Source of the DNA: Candidatus Latescibacterota bacterium
GTDB taxonomy: Bacteria > Latescibacterota > UBA2968 > UBA8231
Assembly (NCBI GenBank): GCA_965208105.1
Contig: OZ242318.1
Location: 1,984,001-2,048,000 of the forward strand
DNA: 64,000 nucleotides
Direction of reading: 5' to 3'
Below are positions 58,712 through 64,000 of this stretch, piece after piece (the first letter of the stretch is position 1; each line of letters opens with the position of its first letter). Under the pieces are notes generated by a model that worked only from the letters and a program-made list of their open reading frames with translations, was not told the DNA's origin and searched no databases. The position numbers and the translations under genes were made by a program.

Positions 58712-59542
58712 CTATTTGGTGACCACCCAGTAGGTGTCGGTCTCGTTTTGAGATCCTATGTACGGTCCACAGTCGTGGCTCCCGTAGAGCTCCCAACGCT
58801 CAAATCCAGCTAGGCGCAGCGGCAACTGGAACTCTGCCGGATAGATCCATCGTGCCTGCATCGGTACTTTCGACGTTTCCCCACTGTGCCTGAAGGTCCA
58901 CGTATAGCTTTCTCTTTGAGATGCAAGATCGCAGCTCTTGGCGTAGCTAACCTCGATCTCTTTACCTGTCTCGGGATGAATGAATACACCGAATTCCTCC
59001 TCAGGAGGAGTGGAATCCAGGTGGAGGAGCAAGTCGCCGGTGTAAGAAGGAACGTAGAAATTCAACAACAAGCGTCCTCCAGGATGCAGACAATTGTAGA
59101 CTCTGCTCAGGCACGCGATTTGGATCGCCCGCGTCGATAGCATCATGATGGAACTGGCAGGGATCAGCACTGTTCTAAACCGGTTATCGTAGGTGAAGTC
59201 CCCGAGGTCCTGATGGGAAATTCGCGTGGCGATGTCCGCGATGCCCAGATCGATTCCTTTACCTATGAGCACGTCCAACATGGGCAAAGAAGAATCAAAC
59301 CCGAAAACATCAAATCCGTCCGCGAGCAGAGGCAGCATGATCGAGCCCGTTCCGCAAGCCGCCTCCAAAGTAGCACCTTGCGTGTCATGCAGCTGACCTC
59401 GGTAAAACGCCAATTCGTGTTGACGCTGTGCCGATCTTCCACCGCTCTCACTCCACTGGTCGTAGATCAGCGACCACCACAGGCTGTTATAGCCAATTTC
59501 GTTCTCCTGCAAGGCGGTTCCGATATTCGGTCGATCTAGCAT
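58712..59542 (-). CDS. Class I SAM methyltransferase
   Basis: LEAACGTG, FDSSLPML, LHPGGRLL. Confidence 0.85.
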   Translation of the reverse strand: MLDRPNIGTALQENEIGYNSLWWSLIYDQWSESGGRSAQRQHELAFYRGQLHDTQGATLEAACGTGSIMLPLLADGFDVFGFDSSLPMLDVLIGKGIDLGIADIATRISHQDLGDFTYDNRFRTVLIPASSIMMLSTRAIQIACLSRVYNCLHPGGRLLLNFYVPSYTGDLLLHLDSTPPEEEFGVFIHPETGKEIEVSYAKSCDLASQRESYTWTFRHSGETSKVPMQARWIYPAEFQLPLRLAGFERWELYGSHDCGPYIGSQNETDTYWVVTK

Positions 59543-59550
59543 CGCATGTC

Positions 59551-59636
59551 AGATAACGTTCTCGCCGTTGCCCGAACCGCGAATGCGGTTGCGCGAAGGC
59601 GCCTCAGCGCCGAAGCCGGGCACGGACGTGTTACCT
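59551..59636 (-). repeat. attC site
   Basis: Consensus type. Confidence 0.9.
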
Positions 59637-59681
59637 GCCGTGGCCATCCTGCGCGGATGAAAATTCCTCGTAGCACCCGAT

Positions 59682-60479
59682 TCACACCTCTGGCTTAAAG
59701 CCTACGGCGCGACACCACGCAAAGGCCGCATAGGCATCGGGAGATACCGACCACTCCTCCCAGGCTTCGGTTATTGCTTTCAACTCGTCATCTGTTGCAA
59801 GTGCGTGTTCTTGCGCGTTCTGAACAAAGGCTCCGTCCTGGAAGTAGTGCACTTGTCTGGTCCCAAACGTCTTCACTTTGTCCTCAGTTCCATAGCAGAG
59901 ATACTTGGAAGTGACAGTCACATCTTTAAAACTCGCGCCATTCAATAGACCGCGAAGTTCGCGGCCGCAATATGGACCGCCTGTGCCTTTGAGAGTCCAG
60001 AGCTGCTCTCGAATTGAATAGCTGCGTCGAAGTAAGGACGAACGTGGTCCGCCGACGATGAAACCACCGTATTCCACGTCCGCGATTCCTAATACCCCAC
60101 CGGGTTTGAGGACGCGCTTCACCTCCAGGAGTGCGTCTTGTGGGCGATCCAGGGTCTCGACCACCGAGTGGCAGAGGCAGGCATCGAAGCTATTGTCTGC
60201 GAAATCGAGTCCGTAGACATCACCGACGCAAAAGTCAACGTTTCCAATCGCGTGGACGCGAGCATACGTTTCAGCATCTCCGAAACCATCATCACTATGA
60301 TCAACACCGACTACGCTACGCACCTTCTCGGCCACACCCAAAGCAATGCTTCCGCCACCGCATCCTACGTCCAGGACTTTGAACTCTGGTGCCAAGTGTG
60401 GAAACAGGAACTCGGCATAATCGTCCGCGTTCCGGCCGGCCATGTAGTCTTCAAAGCTCATGCCAGAGGTGTCTTCCAA
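59682..60479 (-). CDS. UbiE-like SAM methyltransferase
   Basis: VLDVGCGGG, FADNSFD, RVLKPGG. Confidence 0.87.
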   Translation of the reverse strand: MEDTSGMSFEDYMAGRNADDYAEFLFPHLAPEFKVLDVGCGGGSIALGVAEKVRSVVGVDHSDDGFGDAETYARVHAIGNVDFCVGDVYGLDFADNSFDACLCHSVVETLDRPQDALLEVKRVLKPGGVLGIADVEYGGFIVGGPRSSLLRRSYSIREQLWTLKGTGGPYCGRELRGLLNGASFKDVTVTSKYLCYGTEDKVKTFGTRQVHYFQDGAFVQNAQEHALATDDELKAITEAWEEWSVSPDAYAAFAWCRAVGFKPEV

Positions 60480-60495
60480 TGCGGAAAGCCATGGC

Positions 60496-60587
60496 AGGTA
60501 ACGCTTTCCGGTTGCCGAACTCGCGAAGCGAGTTGCCGGAGGCCCAGACGCCCAGAGGGCGGCGCAGCGGCAAACGTGTTGTTACAT
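60496..60587 (-). repeat. attC site
   Basis: TAAC..TTGCCG AACTCGCGAAGCGAGTT..CGGCAA..GTTA. Confidence 0.88.
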
Positions 60588-60661
60588 GAAGTGCAATCGT
60601 GGAGTGTGGCCAGGACGGCCACCTCCATTCCCCTGAGTTGCGAGGCCTGTGGCTGCAACAC

Positions 60662-60922
60662 TCAGGCCGCAGCAGTCTGCCTCACTTCCCATCCTGGAAA
60701 CACCAGAACTGCCGGATGGCACTGCAGTGCTTGAGCCAAAACTTTCGCACGTTCTACTCCCAGCTGCACCCGATCGTTCTCAATGGCAGAAATAGTGGAT
60801 TGAGGAATCCCAGTTCGGCGTGACAGCTCGTTCTGGCTCAATTCCTGCAGCTCTCTGACTATCCGTACTGACTCACCCACGGACACTTCAATCCGCTTCC
60901 TGGCTGGACGGTAGTTCTTCAT
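60662..60922 (-). CDS. XRE-HTH antitoxin (HigA-like)
   Basis: RELQELSQNELSRRTGIPQSTISAIE. Confidence 0.85.
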   Translation of the reverse strand: MKNYRPARKRIEVSVGESVRIVRELQELSQNELSRRTGIPQSTISAIENDRVQLGVERAKVLAQALQCHPAVLVFPGWEVRQTAAA

Positions 60923-60923
60923 T

Positions 60924-61205
60924 TCACTTTCTCCGATAATCGTGGACTGTAATATCCACTACCTTCACAAGGATCTCGCTTGCAACAACCTCATAAATGA
61001 CTCGAAAATGAAGACCAAGCCTCGATGATCTGTGGCCCTTCCATTCGCCCCGCAGGGCTTCGTCGTGAAACCCCTTGATGAGCCTCAGGCCAGCGGGGCC
61101 GGACACCGCAACGATGTCCTTCCACTTCTCGTAGCGTTTGAGAACCTCGTCAGGCATGGTTCGGAGTCTTTTCTCGACTCTCCGATGCTCAAGGAGGGTC
61201 CACAT
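60924..61205 (-). CDS. RelE/HigB/YafQ-family toxin
   Basis: GFHDEALRGEWKGHRSSRL..FRVIY..HDY; toxin-first order. Confidence 0.85.
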   Translation of the reverse strand: MWTLLEHRRVEKRLRTMPDEVLKRYEKWKDIVAVSGPAGLRLIKGFHDEALRGEWKGHRSSRLGLHFRVIYEVVASEILVKVVDITVHDYRRK

Positions 61206-61212
61206 ACCAGGT

Positions 61213-61240
61213 AAGATATATACTCATTTAGATATGTCAA
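61213..61240 (-). promoter_or_regulatory. Putative promoter of the TA cassette
   Basis: TTGACA-16 bp-TATCTT, 7 nt before the ATG. Confidence 0.55.
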
Positions 61241-61286
61241 CATGGGATCGGTTCATGGGCGGCCATGGATGGCCGACCTACATTTC

Positions 61287-61383
61287 ATGTAACGTTCCGC
61301 CGGTTTGCGAAGCCCGAGCTTGTCGAGGGGTTGCCGAAGGCCGGGCGCCAAAGGCGGCGCAGCGCAACACCGCGCTGTTATAC
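61287..61383 (-). repeat. attC site (near-identical to 52655-52751)
   Basis: One internal substitution relative to 52655. Confidence 0.88.
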
Positions 61384-61968
61384 GACGGCGTGATCATCCC
61401 CGCCCTCGACGCTCCAGCATGTCTCGACCACACCGAAGTCAGGCCGAGACAGGACGATCCAAGATGGCAGCCCCAACTGTTTCCACAAAGCAAACGGTTC
61501 CAGCGCTGAAATGCGGCTCACGAAAAGGCTCAGCACCGTCCCGTGAGTTATGAGAGCCAAATTCGCCTGTGGAAATCGGTCTGATAGTTCATACACGGCC
61601 TTCGAAAATCTGTTGTACGCTGTATCCGCCGTCTCCTCGCCGAAAATAAATTCAGTTGGTCGAGAGAAAAAACGACCGATCGACTCCTCAAAGCGCTCCT
61701 TTTCCAGGAAGCCAACGTTGCATCGTTCATGTTCTTGCAACCCATCAACGACTTCTACCGGCGTTTTCAGAAAGCGCGCTGAGATTTCAGCTGTTTCTAC
61801 GGCTTTAGGTTCGGTGCTACTGACAATCACATCGAGATCATATTGGACCAATTTCTCAGCGAGTATCTGAGAACGGACGCGGCCTTCCCGCGACAGATGC
61901 CATTCATTGGCTGGGACCGTAGAATCGATCTCCGGTAGCGAATGCTTCACCAAAACGATCATCTGCAT
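61378..61968 (-). CDS. Histidine phosphatase-like protein (KHS instead of RHG)
   Basis: LVKHS, SSTEPKAVETA, ITHGT; stop lies inside the attC core. Confidence 0.8.
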   Translation of the reverse strand: MQMIVLVKHSLPEIDSTVPANEWHLSREGRVRSQILAEKLVQYDLDVIVSSTEPKAVETAEISARFLKTPVEVVDGLQEHERCNVGFLEKERFEESIGRFFSRPTEFIFGEETADTAYNRFSKAVYELSDRFPQANLALITHGTVLSLFVSRISALEPFALWKQLGLPSWIVLSRPDFGVVETCWSVEGGDDHAVV

Positions 61969-62002
61969 CTTCTCGGTTCTTCTTCTCGTCTAATCTGCTG
62001 TC

Positions 62003-62084
62003 GTATAACGTTTTCGTGCCTCCGAGCCGCGCTGCGGTTGGGCGAAAGACCGAATGGCCTGAAGCCGGGGGCACGGTGTTATAG
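62003..62084 (-). repeat. attC site; part of the duplicated cassette
   Basis: Matches 54134-54215. Confidence 0.88.
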
Positions 62085-62119
62085 GCCGTGACAGCCTGCA
62101 AGCAATCAATTAGGAGCGG

Positions 62120-62920
62120 CTATACCACCTGTATTTTCGATGCAAATCTCTGAAATCGATCAAGTGTTATATTCGCCCAACCGACAACAGTCTCAGAGGG
62201 TTGCTCAGTTTGCAATTCATTTAGCGCAGAGACTTCGAAATATGAACCATAGATAGCGCCACAGATATAATAATCGCGCACGGGATCTGTAGACTCAACC
62301 GAAAGCCTACCCATGTAGGATTCGATCAGCGATTCTATGTTCAAAAGTTTTGGATACGGCGTAACTTGCGCTCCGGTCCGGAGGACCAGATCGGCAAACG
62401 GAGAACTCAACCAGGATAGGCCCAAGTCGAACGCGACGATCTTCTTGCCTAACATGCCTAGATTGGAATTGGCCGGATCACCATGCGAGACGCAGGTGCA
62501 CCGGCTTGCAACCATTTTCTGAAACTCGCGGAATATGTACGAGGCAGAGGGTAAGGCACCGAAGTCACTGCGATAAAGCCGCGAATTAGGGTCCCCCGCT
62601 TCGGCAACGAGCTGCGACATGACCGTCCAGTATGATGAAAAGTAGCCAAGATTGCACGGCGGATACTCTACCACGCTAACAGAATTGAACTCCACGACCC
62701 AATGGAGAACGCGTTCGAAACCAGCTATTTCGGACGTGTCAAACGGCAAGGGCGCGGCCTTTTCCAGGACTATCTTCCGCCTACAGCCGTCTTCAATCAC
62801 GTCAAGCAACTGCACAACAGGCGCACCCGCATCGTTGAGGGCTTTATACTTCTCGACCTCTGAAAACCCGGGTCTCTCTGGCTTGATCACGTAGGTGCCG
62901 CAGTCTTCAACTTGAGACAT
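62120..62920 (-). CDS. APH-like phosphotransferase (copy 2)
   Basis: Differs from 54251..55051 at 2 residues (position 5 Q/E, last residue L/V). Confidence 0.72.
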   Translation of the reverse strand: MSQVEDCGTYVIKPERPGFSEVEKYKALNDAGAPVVQLLDVIEDGCRRKIVLEKAAPLPFDTSEIAGFERVLHWVVEFNSVSVVEYPPCNLGYFSSYWTVMSQLVAEAGDPNSRLYRSDFGALPSASYIFREFQKMVASRCTCVSHGDPANSNLGMLGKKIVAFDLGLSWLSSPFADLVLRTGAQVTPYPKLLNIESLIESYMGRLSVESTDPVRDYYICGAIYGSYFEVSALNELQTEQPSETVVGWANITLDRFQRFASKIQVV

Positions 62921-62956
62921 TTGATCGGCTTAGTACACAGCGTCATCTGGCATGGC

Positions 62957-63039
62957 CTATAACGTTTCAGTGCCCCCGAACCGCGAAGCGGTTGGGCGAA
63001 GGGCCGAATGGCCCGTAGCCGGGCACGGACGTGTTATAG
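62957..63039 (-). repeat. attC site
   Basis: TAAC..GTGCCC..AACCGCGAAGCGGTT..GGGCCGAATGGCCC..GGGCAC..GTTA. Confidence 0.9.
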
Positions 63040-63073
63040 GAAGTGCCAAACCTCTTGCCTTGGCACAGCAATC

Positions 63074-63739
63074 TCAATTCCTCGCACATCCTCGCCAGAC
63101 GGCTTTGAAAGGCTCGCCTGTGATTCTATCGGGTACGAATAGGTGCTCGATCTGAAGATGCGTCCACTCTTGAAAGTGACCTTCAAGCTCGGATTGGGAG
63201 AAGAAGTGAACTGTTTGGCCACCCGCTTCAAGCACCCGGTTTGGCCCTAGCTTCTTGGATACGCGCCTTCGGCGTGCTCGAAGCTCAAGGTCATCAACTG
63301 AGTTCACGTGAAAGATGAAAATCCCTGAGGGGCGCAGAATGCGCCTTACCTCCTGAATGACGGTCATCGTCGTCATGTCGTCGAACATGTGAAGCGCCAC
63401 GTTGGAAAAAACGGCATCGAAGCACTGTTTGGGAAAGGGAAGCCCTCTGGCCATATCAGCCCTCACAAAATCGGCCCCGGGGATCCGCTTTGAACGGGCG
63501 ATGTCTAGGGCCTTTTCAGAAAAATCCAGGCCCACGGCTTGGAGGCCTAACGTTGCAAGACGACGTACGTCGTTCCCAGTCCCACATCCCAGATCCAGAA
63601 CCTTTCTGCATCTACACGCGGCCAGAGTGCCCAAAAAAGGATCTATCCAGAGCCCGCCCCAATTCAGATCACCTTCGCGTTCGAAGCGGTCATTCCAAAC
63701 CGCGGAATCCCCGTAGAAAGTATCATCGCTTGGGGTCAA
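63074..63739 (-). CDS. Class I SAM methyltransferase
   Basis: VLDLGCGTG, FDAVFSNVALH, ILRPSG. Confidence 0.87.
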   Translation of the reverse strand: MTPSDDTFYGDSAVWNDRFEREGDLNWGGLWIDPFLGTLAACRCRKVLDLGCGTGNDVRRLATLGLQAVGLDFSEKALDIARSKRIPGADFVRADMARGLPFPKQCFDAVFSNVALHMFDDMTTMTVIQEVRRILRPSGIFIFHVNSVDDLELRARRRRVSKKLGPNRVLEAGGQTVHFFSQSELEGHFQEWTHLQIEHLFVPDRITGEPFKAVWRGCARN

Positions 63740-63749
63740 TTGGCATTTC

Positions 63750-63812
63750 CTATAACGTTATGCCGGTTGCCGAAGGCGCGAATGCGCCGCAGCGGTAACC
63801 GTGCTGTTAGCC
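63750..63812 (-). repeat. attC site, minimal 63-bp form
   Basis: TAAC..CGGTTGCCG AA GGCGCGAATGCGCC GCAG CGGTAACCG..GTTA. Confidence 0.87.
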
Positions 63813-63889
63813 GCTGGCCAGTCCTCACTTTTACCCTCGTGGCATCCTAAGATCAAGTGGCTTCGCTAGTCTGAGAAAGAAGTAACCTA

Positions 63890-64000
63890 TCACGACTTTC
63901 CGCCGACCCAGCTCACTAGGGCGGGCAGGAGCTTCCTCTCCACTTCACCTACGGGCGTCTTGAGCCCGTGGTGGAAGCCTGTCACCGCAACTCGTCCCTT
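63890..64000 (-). CDS. 3' end of the next cassette gene (partial, function unknown)
   Basis: Open frame KGRVAVTGFHHGLKTPVGEVERKLLPALVSWVGGKS* entering from the right edge. Confidence 0.45.
   Translation of the reverse strand, partial: KGRVAVTGFHHGLKTPVGEVERKLLPALVSWVGGKS

Larger units (their letters stand above)
25575..63812 (-). mobile_element. Large integron-type gene cassette array; integrase not in window, array continues past the right edge
   Basis: About 40 co-oriented genes/TA pairs separated by TAAC...GTTA palindromic sites; six stop codons overlap the site core; duplicated gene+site unit. Confidence 0.9.

Noticed and set aside
54140-62962. Duplicate cassette as an assembly artefact
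   Set aside because: The copies carry distinct SNPs and end at recombination cores, though long reads would be needed to exclude it fully.
32201-63812. Repeats as a CRISPR array
   Set aside because: Units are 60-125 bp, variable in sequence, and separated by whole genes; no cas genes are present.
32201-63812. Repeats as tRNAs, REP/BIME elements or Rho-independent terminators
   Set aside because: No T/D-loop consensus or CCA, no U-tracts; strict one-per-cassette polarity, TAAC/GTTA cores and a duplicated gene+site unit fit attC better.
1-64000. Integron integrase or other tyrosine recombinase in the window
   Set aside because: No ORF shows the R-H-x-x-R-H/W-Y catalytic pattern.

Overview
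High-GC bacterial chromosome segment; the gene content (FlgD-type C-terminal sorting domain, several PhyH-type dioxygenases, BNR and Gfo/Idh/MocA proteins) suggests a Latescibacterota/Poribacteria-like lineage, which is an inference. The left ~25 kb holds housekeeping and accessory genes: partial msrAB, recN, dioxygenases, an ECF sigma-DUF1080 fusion, a Cache-repeat secreted protein, a large GNAT and a BNR protein. It also contains an orphan cassette-like block carrying a nested attC-remnant / MITE / IS110 insertion. The IS110 3' non-coding region contains short motifs matching both its target (the MITE end) and its own donor junction, as expected for a bridge/seek RNA. From ~25.5 kb to the right edge lies a large integron-type cassette array. 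All its genes are on the minus strand and are separated by ~60-125 bp attC-like sites (36 recognisable sites between 32.2 and 63.8 kb, plus remnants), which decay leftwards. No integrase is in the window; it would be expected beyond 64000. The sites are atypical. Their inner stem has no obvious extrahelical base and carries branched GNA-loop hairpins. Each cassette also has cassette-specific 14-19 bp terminal inverted repeats with a recurrent G.T pair at position 11. Cargo is dominated by GNATs, SAM methyltransferases, APH-like kinases, nucleotidyltransferases and phosphatases, plus TA modules, one IS630, a duplicated cassette, an ORF-less cassette and several pseudogenes. All calls were made by eye, without database searches.
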